From the human T2T-CHM13v2.0 reference genome, Homo sapiens: a stretch of 64,000 bases of DNA. The first letter of the stretch is position 1. The number at the start of each line of letters is the position of its first letter. This document shows positions 14,319-39,663 of the stretch, one piece after another. Location: the NCBI RefSeq assembly GCF_009914755.1, contig NC_060925.1; one strand, 5' to 3'. The notes below the pieces were generated by a model. The model was not told the DNA's origin and searched no databases. It saw nothing but the letters and a program-made list of their open reading frames with translations. A program made the translations under genes and the position numbers.

Positions 14319-15584
14319 GGGGTTGGGCCATAATCATGAAAGACACAATCCCAAACGTTATAATCTTGAAGGCTGAAATCCTGAAAGATTTCACTATCCC
14401 TAAAGTCTAAAATTCAACAAATCACAAGCCTGAAAGCTCAAAATCCTGAAAACACAATTCTGGAAAAAATAATTTTAAAAATTCTTTAAAAATATTTATT
14501 TACATTTTAAAAGGGGATGTATTTGGAAGACATGAAAACACAGCAGAACTCTTCATAAGCCACTTGACATGATAAAATAGACAATGATAACATTTTGGTA
14601 AGTGTAAATACTCAGCTATGCTAATGACAGCCACACAAACGTAACAGTATGAGCAGACAAACCATAGTCATAAGGAAGCAAGTCAAAAACAAAATATATA
14701 ATTCATATCACTATGCTTCGTAATTGTGTGCACCCAGCTTTATAACTGCAGTCATCTGAAATATTATGACACACAACCTAAGTATTTTGACAAGATCAGT
14801 CAAAAACCACACTAGGCCACTGCTACCACATACGCAGTTGCCCAAAGAGCTGAGATCTTGAGAAATGTTATCTGTCATAAAAGCAGATGTACAAAAAGGA
14901 CCATCTCTTCATTTACTGAGAAAGTTTCAATGTTTTTACATACATGGACAAAGTCAACGAAGGAGTCAAATTTGCAAAAAATGCATAAAACAAATTAGAA
15001 CTCTCTAAAAGCCTTTACGCAATTTATACCCTCAGTATTGGAAATGATGCAAAGATGGAATACATAACAAATTGTCAAAAAAATGGTGACAATTTAAAAT
15101 AGTAGGGGAACAAAACAGAACAAAACAAAACAAAACATAGAAACTAAAAAAATTCAACATATATAAAGGTATATTACATATTATGGGCAATTGCTCGGAA
15201 GTAGTCCATAAGAGTGGACCGACTTTTATGATCATGATATTTTGAAGTCTTGCATCTTGAATAGCTGTTTTTTTTTTCTTTTAGGGTGTGTCTCTCCTTG
15301 GAGAATGTGTTCACATTCATTTTCTATATGGCGCTACTTATTTTGAAATTCTTCTATGATTTGATATAAATGGACATGAGTACTTCCTATTAAATTTTCT
15401 CATCTTCTATGCCATGCTTCTATGTTGCTTTGGGTATTCATAAATCCATTCTGCACGCATTCATATATAAGACCACAAATTTGGCAGAAACAATCTACTG
15501 TGCAAACAGCAACACCTTTGCGTGTCTTCTTATCCTACAGTGTATGTAACTGTTTTCAAATCTGTCAGTAACTTCACTATTTAC
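14319..15584 (-). mobile_element. Ricksha-type Mutator-like (MULE-MuDR) DNA transposon fragment with decayed transposase
   Basis: Terminal region ggggttgggccataatcatgaaagacacaatcccaaac with aaatcc subrepeats. Minus-strand translation gives NTQSNIEAWHRR*ENLIG, a MULE RTNNxxExWH-like motif. Confidence 0.75.
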
Positions 15585-16408
15585 TTGTTGTTAAGATGGA
15601 GTGATGACTTCTAAGCTCCTAACAGACCAGATGAGAAACTGGAAGTTCCTGCGAGATTTTTTAATGCTGGAGCCTAAGCCCCACGCAACGTTCTGATTTA
15701 ATTGGTCTAGGGTCGAGCCCAAGTGATTCTAACTTGCAGCCAGAATTCAGAACTACTGATTTGTATCACATACGCTTTATTGCTGAAAAACGAGAGACAG
15801 GCAATCAGAATGGGCACAGAGGACTTTGTCTTTGGTCAGTTCAGTCAGCCTTCTCTGGACTGGCTACAGTTCTGTAGGTCTTATTTAAAAAAGTGTTATC
15901 CATGTGGCATTTGTTGTTCTGCTCCTGGCCCTGCCATTCTCAATGATTTCTGTGTGTTTATGCTAGGAATTAGTGACATAGACAGCTTTAGACTTTTCTT
16001 TAGTTGTCTTCCTGATGATAACTCAACATTTCTGTGGCTTCAAGAACAGTGCCAGTTTGCCTCAATCTCTTTAGTCTGCAGTGACTCTGGGATTATCTCC
16101 AGGAACGTGACAGCAAATGTGCTTTACCAACTTCTTAAAAATAAACATAGTGATATCTTTCTCCCAAAGAAATATGTTTGTAAATTTTTCTCACACCTAC
16201 ATAGTCTCTCAATTTAACCCAATCTCTGTGGCATTTTACTTGGATTATTATAGCATGACTGTCAAATTTAAAGGTTTTTCTATGACATCATCTTTCCCCA
16301 ACCTTTATTTAAAAAAAGAAAAAGAAAGAATGTTGTAGCAGGTAGGTACTCCATGATCTAAAATATGTCAGCAATTTCACATTATTTGCATCTTTTAAAA
16401 GATTTTTT

Positions 16409-16570
16409 AGCTGGGTGTCGGGGCACTCACCTGTAGTCATAGCTACTCAAGAGGCTGAGGTGGGAGGATCACTTCAGCCCAGGACTTTGAGGCTCCAATG
16501 AGCTTTGATCCCACCACTGCACTCCAGCCTGGGCAACAGAGGGAGATCTTGTCTCTAAAATTAAAAAATA
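16409..16570 (+). mobile_element. Fossil Alu monomer (FAM/FRAM-like)
   Basis: Single Alu arm followed by an A-rich tail. Confidence 0.8.
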
Positions 16571-16579
16571 TATTTTTAA

Positions 16580-18272
16580 AAAATTTAACAACTTTTTTGA
16601 AGTACGATACAATTCACCATACAATTCACTCCTTTAGGTTGTATACGCTATAGTTTTTAACTGAATTCACAGGTTTTTACAGTCAATACAATCTAATCCT
16701 AAAACATTTTTGTTGCCCCCAAATGAAACCCCATACCCACTGGCCATCACTCCCCATTTCTCCTCACTATGCTCCCCAGCTCTGTGCTACCACCAAACTA
16801 CTTTCTGTCTCTATAGGTTTGCCTTTTCTAGACATTTCACATAAATGGAATCACACAACATTTAGTCTTTTGTTAACTGGCTTCTTTCACTTAACACAAT
16901 GTTTTCAAGATTCATCCAAGTCATAACAAATACTCATTCCTTCTTATCACTGAATAATATTCCATTATATGGATATACCACTTTATTCATCCATTTATCA
17001 GTTTATGAACATTTGAGTTGTTTTTCACTTTCTGCCTACTATGAATAGTGCTGCTGTAAACATTCATGAATAAGTTTTTGTGAGGATTTATGTTTTTATT
17101 TTCTTTGTGTGTCTATCTAGGGGTAGAACTGATGAGTCATATGGTAAGTCTGTTTAACACTTTGAGAAACTATCAGAATGATTTCCAAAGCACAGTTTCA
17201 CATTTCCACCAGGAATGTATGTGTTTCAATTTCTCCACAACCTTACCAAAACTTGTCATTGTCTGTCTTTTTTATTTTAACCATCCTAGTGAGTGCGATG
17301 TGAAACCTCATTGTAGTTTTCATTTGCATTTCCTTAACGGCTAATGATGTTGAACGTCTTTATGTATGCATACTGGTTGTTTGTGCATCTTCTTTAGACA
17401 AGTGTCTGTTCAAATCCCTTGCCCATTTCTAAGTTGGATTATTTTTAGTTTTTCATTTTTAAGTTGTAAATGCTTTTTATATATTCTAGATACAAGTTTC
17501 TTATCAGATATGTGATTTGCAAATATTTTCTCCCATTCTGTAGGTTGTTTTTACACTTTCTTAGCGTTATTTGCAGCATAAACTTTCAAGCCTTGATATA
17601 GTCAATTTTCTTATTTTTTCTTTTGTAAGTTGTACATTTGGTCTTATATCTAAAAAACCATTGCTTAACCAAAAACCACAAAAATTTACTCCTATGTTTT
17701 CTTCTGAAGGTTTTATAGTTTTAGCTCCTCTATTTAAGTGTATTATTCATTTTGAGTTAATTTTTGTGTATGGTGTGAGGAGGGGTATCGATTTCATTCT
17801 TTTGCATGTGTATATCCAGTTATCCCACCTCCATTTGTGGAAAAGACTATTCTTTCCCCCATAGAATTGTCTTCCATACTCCTGGCAAAGAATCAGCTTA
17901 TGACCAACGTAAAGGTTTATATCTGAACTCTCAGTTTTATTTCATTAATCTACATGTCTGTTCCTATGCCAGTACCACACTATTTAATTATTGTGGCTTT
18001 GTAATAGGTTTTGACATCAGGAAGTGAGAGTCCTCCAATTTGTTCTGTTTTTTTCTTTTTCCAGATTGTTTTGGCTAAGTTGGGGCTGTTGTATTTCCAT
18101 ATTTTAGGATCAGCTTAATTTCTGCTAAATAAGTAAATAGGTAAATAAACAAATGTCAGCTGGATTTGATCAAGATTGCATTGACTCTGGAGTTCAACTT
18201 AGAGTGTATTGTCATCTTAACAGTACTAAGTCTTTCAATCCATGAACATAGGATGTCTTTCCATTTAACATA
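16580..18272 (-). mobile_element. Old L1 (L1MB-like) 3' ORF2/3'UTR
   Basis: Antisense L1 hallmarks; ORF 18156-18374 contains WKDILCSWIERLSTVKM, similar to L1 ORF2 WKDIPCSWIGRINIVKM. Confidence 0.85.
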
Positions 18273-19365
18273 GTAAAATTGAGACTTATAGATTCTTAAG
18301 ACTAAAATTAGCATTACAGGTAAGTCTTCCTTTGGATAACAGCTTAATTTGCTAACAGTTGAATAAAAACCCATTTTTTAATATCAAATCACTTTTTCAT
18401 AGCTAATATTAATAAATGTTCATAGAAATTCTTGGCCACCCTCCACCCATACATACAATTTAAAATGATGCAAGGCCACATGCCAAAAGCATTTCAGTTA
18501 AATTGAAAAGGTAGAACAAATTTAAAAAATTCAAAGTGAAGGCAAATAATCTTGGAAAGGGAATGACTTTCTAAGCATAACACAAAGGCAAAAAGCTGAA
18601 AGAAAAATACTAATGTATTGTACTACTTAATGATCTAAAGTTTCTATTCTTCAAAGTTTCTCATAAACAAAATTAAAAGTACAATTTAAAAAGAGGACTA
18701 CATAGAAGATACTTGACAAAGTGAATAATTTCGATATATAAAGAGCTCTTTAAAAATGACAAAAAATGAACACTTCAAATTTTTTGTAATGGAGAAAGAA
18801 CACGGGCAGTCACACAAATCATTATCTACCAATAGAGGGTGTAAATATTTGGCTTCAGAAGTAGTCAAAAAAATCCAAAATAAAGCAGGAGAGTTAATTT
18901 CTTACCTATGAAACTGATAGAGCTATTTTTTGTTCGTTTGTTTTTTAAATAAAGAGACTGCCTCTTGTTAAGTGTGAGGGAAAACAGACATTCTCATATA
19001 GACAAAAGAAAATTGTAAGTTGATGCAGCCCTTCTAGAATACAATATGCTAATATATTTCAAACTCATAAAAATATGAAAACTTTTAAACCAGTTATTCA
19101 AGTTCTAAATATTTAAGGAATTAATCAGAGATGTGTGCAAAGGCTGATCTCAAATTAATTTTACTGTTGTTAATTGCAGTAAATAAAAATGCTAACTGTC
19201 CAGTAAGAGGGATGCAGTTAGATAAATCATGGTGCATGTTGCAGACAAGTATTTAATAATGTGAGAAAATATCCAGAATGGAAGTCAATGCAGATACAAA
19301 AGCTGCATTATGCTATGACTCAAGTTATGACTAATAGTATGCAGATATGTGAATCCATATTGTTA

Positions 19366-19533
<168 letters not shown>

Positions 19534-21219
19534 CTATATCAGAAGTTTAACACTGATTACTCTGTGTCAAGATTACAAAGTGCTATTTATTTTATTCTTT
19601 CTTCTTTTCTAAAATTAACTTTCCCACAATGAACTAAAATTAAACATACCCACCCAGGTATTTCACATATTTCAAGTAATAATTATGTATACATTTTTAC
19701 AGTAATATTTAGAAGGAAGAAAATAACTATATATATTTTTTAAGGAATAAATTATATGTGTGACATAGATCTTTGGAGTATTAGTCATATTAAAAATGGA
19801 AGCAAACTATAAATCAGCCAAAGGAAAATGTGTAAATAATCTTGGATACTTTAACCTGATAGAGTATTAGATATTCATTTAAATAATTACTATAAATCAA
19901 TATGATGCTATATTTGTAATATAAGTAATTTTATCTAAGTACAAATGCAGCATCAGAATGAACTAATACACTAGGGTGTCAATTATGTGAAACTCTCATA
20001 TGCATGTAAATGAGTTCAAGATAAAATACAAAAAATTAAAATAGCTTGTTACAGTAAAAAGAGTGTGAGTATTTATGATACTTTCATTGTATTATTTATC
20101 AAATAATATGAATTATAACATAATTGGGTTTCTCACAGGACACAACTATTAAACTTATAATACATTTGATTACTCATTTTTAAATTGCCTTATGTCTTAA
20201 AGTTCAACTTTTTTTGCTTCTGGTCTTTTTCAACCCACATCATTTACCCAAGATTTTTTAAAAAGTAACACCCTACAGGTGCTATTTTGCTGTTCTGTTC
20301 TTTACGGGAAGTGAAAAAAAGCTCCCTCAGCTCTATGTGTTCAGGGCCCAGCACACAGCCAGTACTTACTGCATATCAGTGAGATTAATTCAAGTATAAA
20401 AACTGGTAAAACATAAGCCTCAATTTCCACTCAGATGTGGGTAACTGGCAGATGCCTGTAAGGCAAATTTCTCCTTTCGATTTTTATTTGTTTGCTTGTT
20501 TGTTTGTTTGTTGAGACAGGGTCCCACTCTGTTGCCCAGGCCAGAGCTCAATGACATGATCATGGCTCACTGTAGTCTCAGGCTCACACCACCACAGCTA
20601 TTTTTTTTAGGTGGGGTTTCACTATGTTGCCCCCTTTCTAGAATGTATTTGCTACCCCTTCTCTTTGCTTCCACTTTAATCTCTTGTCTTTTTATTTTTT
20701 GTCACACTTCTCCATCCCCTTTTTCCTCCCTCCTCTACGCCTCCCTAAACTTTTTTCTCCTCTTTCTATCCTACTTCACCTCTTCTCTTTTCCTCATATA
20801 CTCATACTCCTCTGCATTCCTGCCTTCATATTTCCCCCCTCCCTCCTTTCCCTCAACTTTCTCTCCCCAGTCCCATCTTCTTGTTCTTCCTATTGTTGTC
20901 ACTTTTTTCTCTGTCTTCTGTTCCGTTTTTTCATTAGATGCATCATAAAAACACCAAGTTGGAAGCCACTGCTAACTGTTCCTCTTCTTATTTCCCTTCT
21001 CCTCTTCATATTTTTAGTAATAGAACCCCCTACATTTTAGCTGCGCCCCTGGTTACCCAAGCAGAAACTTCATTCCCCAACCTCCCTTGCAGCTGGGTAA
21101 AGACATGTAGCTGAATTCCGCCCAAAGGAATGTAGGCAGAAGTGATGGAAGTAACTATTTGACCTCTCTTCCTCTTTCTCCCTGTTATTTTCTTCCTACA
21201 CTCATTCAATAATCATTTC

Positions 21220-22215
21220 TCATTGCAAGGCCTTTAATACTATCATTAGATGACTCACGAATTTCTCCCCAGCCAATCTCCCTGAACTCCTGATCCACAC
21301 ATCTAACCCTATATGACATCTCCACTTAAACGTCTATTAGAAATATCACTTTTGTCATGTCCCAAATGAAACTCTTGGTCTTCGCTCTAAACCTGCTCCT
21401 CTGGAAGCCTTTCCACCTCCATTTAATAGCAGCCCTACTCCTCCAGTCACTCAAGGCCAAAATGCTGACAATTGTCCTGGACTCGTCTCTCTCACACCAT
21501 ATCTCACTCTGTCAGTAAATCCTGTTGGCTCTACCTTCAAAATACATCCCCAGTCTGCCTGCCCACTTGAAGTCAACCTCACTGCCGTCACCCAGCATCG
21601 GCTACTAAAGTCTTTGCACAAACTATTTAATAGTCTCCTAACTGATCTTCCTGTTTTTACTCTTGCCCTCTGCTTTCTGTTCACAGAGGACCCAGAGTGA
21701 TTCTTTTAAGTGTTAAGCTACATCATGCCACTCCTCTGCCCACAGTCCACTGAGGGCTTCCCATCTCAGTAAAAACCCAAACCCTTCCATGTGCTTTGGG
21801 GCCCTCCCTCCCTGGTTCCCTGACCCCTCTGTCTTCCCTTCTTCTTGCTGGTCTTTGCTCACTCTGTATGGCAACCATGCTTTTGTGCTCCTCAAACAGC
21901 TCAGGTATGAACAGGCCCCAGGGCCTCTGAACTGACTATCCGTCCCCTCTGTTTGCTTTCCCTCAGATACCTCCACAGCTTGCTCTTTTGCTTCCTTGCA
22001 GTTTCACTTGGTAGGCTCCCTCTTGATGCGGTCCACCTGACCCCCGTCTTTAAATTTAATCTACTTTCCCTAACTACCAACTCTTACCTTGCTTAACTTT
22101 CTTCCTGCTTACTATTACCCTCTAGTATACTCTGTCCTTATGGATGTTGGTTTTCTTCCCCACCCTGCTCCCACCTCATGAGGACAGGGATTTTGGTCTT
22201 ATTTGTTCACTGACT
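21220..22215 (+). mobile_element. L2 LINE fragment
   Basis: L2 3' motifs (gacatctccactt, ctctaccttcaaaatacatcc, ccagggcctctgaact, gaggacagggattttggtcttatttgttcactg). Confidence 0.7.
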
Positions 22216-22703
22216 TATGGAGTGTAACTTCCTACTTCCTGGTCTGCTGAACAGCTGAGGCATTAACATGAAAGACACATAATCTTCTACCTTGTCTGAG
22301 TCACAGTCATTTGGTCCCTGTTAAAAGAGCTAAACAAAGTCTTCGCTAATTATTCAGTTTCACAAAATGTATTTTTTAAAAGACTTGATTCTCAAGAAGA
22401 ATGTTCAGTGAGCAGAAAGTGAAATTCTCTGTGTTTATGTCTCTCATTGCTTTGGGTTCATTCCTGCTGTGGACATCAAATCACTTCAAGATTCGTGGGT
22501 TAAATTTTTATAGGCCAATATTAGTGGCTAACATAGTAATGTTATGTTATTATTTTTGAATAAATATTATTAATAAATAATATTAAATATAAATATTATC
22601 AACATAGACTCCTGTTGATGGTGTTCTACAGCCTCAAAAAATCCAATTACTTTGCTTTTTCCCCACCCACTTCTCTCCTCTTGTTAGTACCATCTTTGGG
22701 TCT

Positions 22704-23543
<840 letters not shown>

Positions 23544-23641
23544 TAGTCTAAGCAAATAGGCCATAAAGCAATGAAAAGTTTACACAAATGAAAAACACTG
23601 TGGAAGTGATGAAAAAACATTCCTTTAAAAAAAAAAAATAT

Positions 23642-23946
<305 letters not shown>

Positions 23947-24003
23947 TCATGTGATAGGAGAAGACCAGAGGAGCATAAACATTTGCTGCAAGCCTATGGT
24001 GAT

Positions 24004-24277
24004 TGTCTTAGTCACTTTTGTCTCTTGGGGTCCTGGTGAAGACTCTCATTGTGGCTTGCAGATGGACACTTTCTTTCTGTGTGCTCATAAGGCAGTGAGA
24101 AAGGAGAGCTCTTTCTGTCTTCTTATGAGGTCATTAATCCCAACATGAGGGCCCTATCCTCATGACCTCATCCAACACTAATTACCTCTCAAAGACCCCC
24201 ATCTTCAAATACTAACACATTGGGGGGTTAGGGCTTCAATGTATGAACTTGGGAGGGACACAATTCACTATATAGCA
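24004..24277 (-). mobile_element. MLT1A-like MaLR LTR fragment
   Basis: catgagggccctatcctcatgacctcatc…ggggttagggcttcaa…tatagca. Confidence 0.7.
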
Positions 24278-25125
24278 GTAATTAAGAACAGCAACAAGTA
24301 AAACTGGGTGCATAGTACATGCCAGGCACTGTACTAGGCACTTAGGCAAGCCTAAGAGAAAATCTCCACAGAAAGGAAAAAGGAAAGCTGAATTTCCCAG
24401 GGTCTCCTCCAGAGGAAGGTTGTGCTGTTCTTTACCCAAATCATCTTGAAAGCCCACTGTGTCCTAAAGCTGGTGGGGTAGAGAACGGAAGAGCTGCCCA
24501 GGGGTCGGCTCCAAGACTTACCTCTCTCCCAGGCTGCAGCTCCAGCAAAGACCCACCAAAAATCAAATGTTAAAGGTTCTTCTCAACCAGTGAATTCAAG
24601 GAGTATCTTATAACTTAAATACACTACACACTTATAACACACCAGGCACCATGTGAGGAAATGGGATATGATCTCTGCCCTCCCAGGCTTATTGGAGAGA
24701 CAGGTAAATGCCACCAACTGCTGAGTAAAGCACACAGGGATAGAGCTTTTACCCCTGAGCAAGAGTACAGAATCAGCCTGCCTAATACAGGACCTGATAT
24801 GAACCACATGCTCAATGAAATGTTTGTGACGATGACAACTGAATGAGAAATGTTTGCAGAATGTCAACAGAAACTCTCAGAGAATTCAAGCAGACGGAAA
24901 AATGATCATTTCCTCCCTTCTCTCACTACATACTAGGCCCACATTATTCCAGAATTACTAGAAAGTCAAAAATAACTCCTTTTCCCATTTTCAGACAGCA
25001 GGATGACCTTTCTTAAAACTTATCCAGGAATTACTTAGTGAATATTTTCTATTGTAGATATCACCCACTCCTTAAAGTGGAAATGTCACTTAAAGAAAAT
25101 CAGACTAAATAAGACAATTTAAAGT

Positions 25126-25131
25126 TTTATT
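25126..25131 (-). terminator. RNASEL: Distal polyadenylation signal AATAAA of RNASEL
   Basis: tttatt on +; gives a 3'UTR of about 1.75 kb. Confidence 0.7.
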
Positions 25132-26007
25132 GAGTAAGCTTCACAAATGGGCATTTTAATTGACATATCCAGGTGCTCATTACAAATCAGAGAACCAAAG
25201 CTTCATTTTAAAAGTTAAAGCAATCTTGCTGCTCATAAAGTATTTTTTAAGCCTTAAATTTGTTCCTAATCAACATTTAATTTCATTCAGTGGTATCTAT
25301 TTATCCATTGCTAGATACCTCCTTTTCAGAAAGAACCTAAGGTACTGTTTTATTCCCATTACAAAGCTCCATCTCAACCACCACAATGATTCATGGAAAG
25401 AACATCAGACTTAGCACCAGAAAATTTGTTCAAATCAAGATAGTAACACTTCCTAGCTATACGTCCTAGAGGAAATCAAAATGTTTCTAACCTTAGTTTC
25501 CTCATCAGCAAAATAAGGATAACAATGTTGACCTTAAAGGATTGTTTTGAAAATTAAATAAAATAAAATACTCAGATGTAATGTATACATTATAAAGCAC
25601 CAGAAAAACGTAAGACAGTATTATTATTCATGTACGAAGATGGTTCATTCATTATTCAATGAATATTTATTAAACATTCCCACTTGGCAGACTTTTTGCT
25701 TGGCAGTGAAGATACAAAGTCAAGAAAAGACAGCCATCGCCCGTGAGGAGCCTACATTCCAGTGGAGGAACCAAAACTAAAAGGCGGAGGAAAGCTCTGG
25801 GTGCTTGGGAGCCAGAAGGAGCTCCTAGACTGGGTATGGGAAGTGAGGGAGGCCTGGGAGCCTCCTGTGGGGCTGACACCAGAAGGAACTCCATCACTAC
25901 AGATCCAGCAAGAGTAAATAAATCTGAGTCCCTCCTCTGTGGGGTGGTCCACACACTCCACAGTCCTGGGCCTTAAGCTAGTTCAAAAGCATCCCAGCCC
26001 CTTAAGT

Positions 26008-26221
26008 CAGGTTTTCTCAACCTCAGCACCATTGATATTTTTGTCTGGATAATTCTTTGTTGCAGGGGCTGTCCTGTGCAAGGCAGGTTTGGCAGCATCC
26101 CTGGTCTTTACCCACTAAATGCCATAGCATGCTCCCCACAAAGCTGTGACACCAAAAACTTCTTCAGACTCTGCCAAATGCTCTCTTCAGTGCAAAATTG
26201 CCCCCCAGTTGAGAACTACTG
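26008..26221 (-). mobile_element. MER20 hAT DNA transposon within the RNASEL 3'UTR
   Basis: TIRs caggttttctcaac…gttgagaactactg and 8-bp TSD ccttaagt/ccttaagg. Confidence 0.88.
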
Positions 26222-26867
26222 CCTTAAGGTCATGGAAAACCAATGCAGTTGGTTCTGGAAGGAGTGGAATTCATGCATCCAGTGCCCAGACTTATACTAG
26301 ATGCTCAATAAATACTGAATGAATGAATGAGATTCCTGGAACCCCTATATATGTTTTGGGCCTCATCTGGAAGAGCCCTGGAAGGATAGTTAAGTTTTAA
26401 GGTGCCCAAATGAGAGGTACCAATAACACCACATAAATTTATAAAGTGCTAGGTATAAATTGAATAATCTTGGGCCAGTAGCTCACACTCTCTGAGTCTC
26501 AGGTTCCTCAGTTCTTAAATGGGGATGATAATCCCTGTTTTGCAAGATCATTGGGAAAATTAAGTGAGAGAATTGTAACATATGCAGCATTAGGGGTCAA
26601 GGCACTCATTCTTTTGGTGCAATTGACAAAAGGAATCTTAGCAGAATGTCCTCCCAGTTAGTGGGTAAAGCTTATGGACTAGTGTAGTCTGGGTATATAT
26701 TGCTTTTGTTATAGACATATGGAATACACGATGCCAGGGACTGACATATCAGCTATGCAACTCATCCCTCACAAGCAACCTGGTGAGTTAAAAGGCCCAG
26801 AATGTTGTGATTTGCCAAGGACTCTACAGCTAATAAGTAGTTCCCTGAACTCCAGCAAATCAGTCCA

Positions 26868-38302
<11,435 letters not shown>

Positions 38303-39293
38303 CTACCACTTTTAGCCTTTTCCTTGAGAAAATGCAAATTTATCTCCTAGCACTTAATCAAAGAAGCTTTGAGTGTAAATTGGGATTCTCTGGCAACAGA
38401 GCAGCAGTATGAAGAAGGAACAATGTTCTCAGTCTTCTGACATTCCACCTGGCAACGAAGAGAGGTGCTTTGTAATTTTACAATAGGGAGAAAACACTTG
38501 AATCAGAGAAATTAATTATATTAGCATTTTTTCTAAATACATATATTTATTTCTTATAAAACTTTTAAATTACAGAATATTATAAATATATGTAAATTCA
38601 AAATAAGAAAATTATTTCTCTAGTCCCAATGCCCAGAAACAGCCAATGTTAATATTTTAGTGTATTTCTATACATTTTTTAAGACATTTGGAATTATACT
38701 CTGTAAGTAACTGTATCCTACTTCCTTTCATTTAATACCATACTATAAGTCATTTCCTGTGTTATTGCAAAGTCTTGTAAAACATTTTTCATGACTATGT
38801 AATATGAAATCATACAGTTGTTTCATTTCTCTATTACTGAGTGGTTTTCAAAAATAAGTTTTAAAGGGTTTTTTAAAATTAAAAATTTAAAAAATCTAAA
38901 TGATGTTGCAGCAAATTCAGCTTATTTTAGTTTATTTTCTTTTGATAGATCTTATGATAGATTTCATATGATAGACTTCAAAGAATTTAATGACTATTCA
39001 AAAGATATGATTGTATTTAGGATTCTTAACCTATATTAACAAATTGCTTTCAATGTCATATAAATATATTCTTACCAGAGATAGGTGGCTTCCAAAAAAA
39101 AAAAAAAAAGACCATGAAAATATGCACATCAATTATTTATCAATAAAAAAAGAAGAACCCTCATTCAATAAGAAAAATATATTTCTTGGCTTTTTTTCCC
39201 TTTGCATTTCTTATGTCACCAGGAAGGTTGATCACTGTGTTTGCTGACTCTGTGCATGTCCTCTTTGTACAACCCTGTGCCCCTATTTAAAGT

Positions 39294-39663
39294 ACAGACA
39301 ATATCTGACTTATGTTTTTTGACTTTGATTTATGATTTTTTGACTTTGCAGTGGTGGAAAAGCAATAAACATTCAGTAGAAACCACACTTCAAGTACACA
39401 TACAACCATTCTGTTTTTTATTTCAGCATAGCATTCGATAAATACATGAGACATTTAACACTTTATTATAAAATAAGCTTTGAGCTAGATGATTTTGCCC
39501 AACTGTAGCCTAATGTAAGTGTTCTGAGCACATTTAAGGTAAGCTAGGATAAGCTATGACGTTCAGTAGATTAGGTGTATTAAATGTGCTTTTGACCTAC
39601 AATATTTTCAATTTAGGATGGGTTTATCTGTATGTAACCCCATCATAAGTCAAGGAGTATCTG
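39294..39663 (-). mobile_element. MER47A (Tigger-derived) DNA transposon in RNASEL intron 1
   Basis: gatgattttgcccaactgtagcctaatgtaagtgttctgagcac… and TIR-like ends. Confidence 0.75.

Noticed and set aside
20496-21040. 150-aa and 118-aa hydrophobic ORFs
   Set aside because: Alu fragment plus CT-rich low-complexity sequence.
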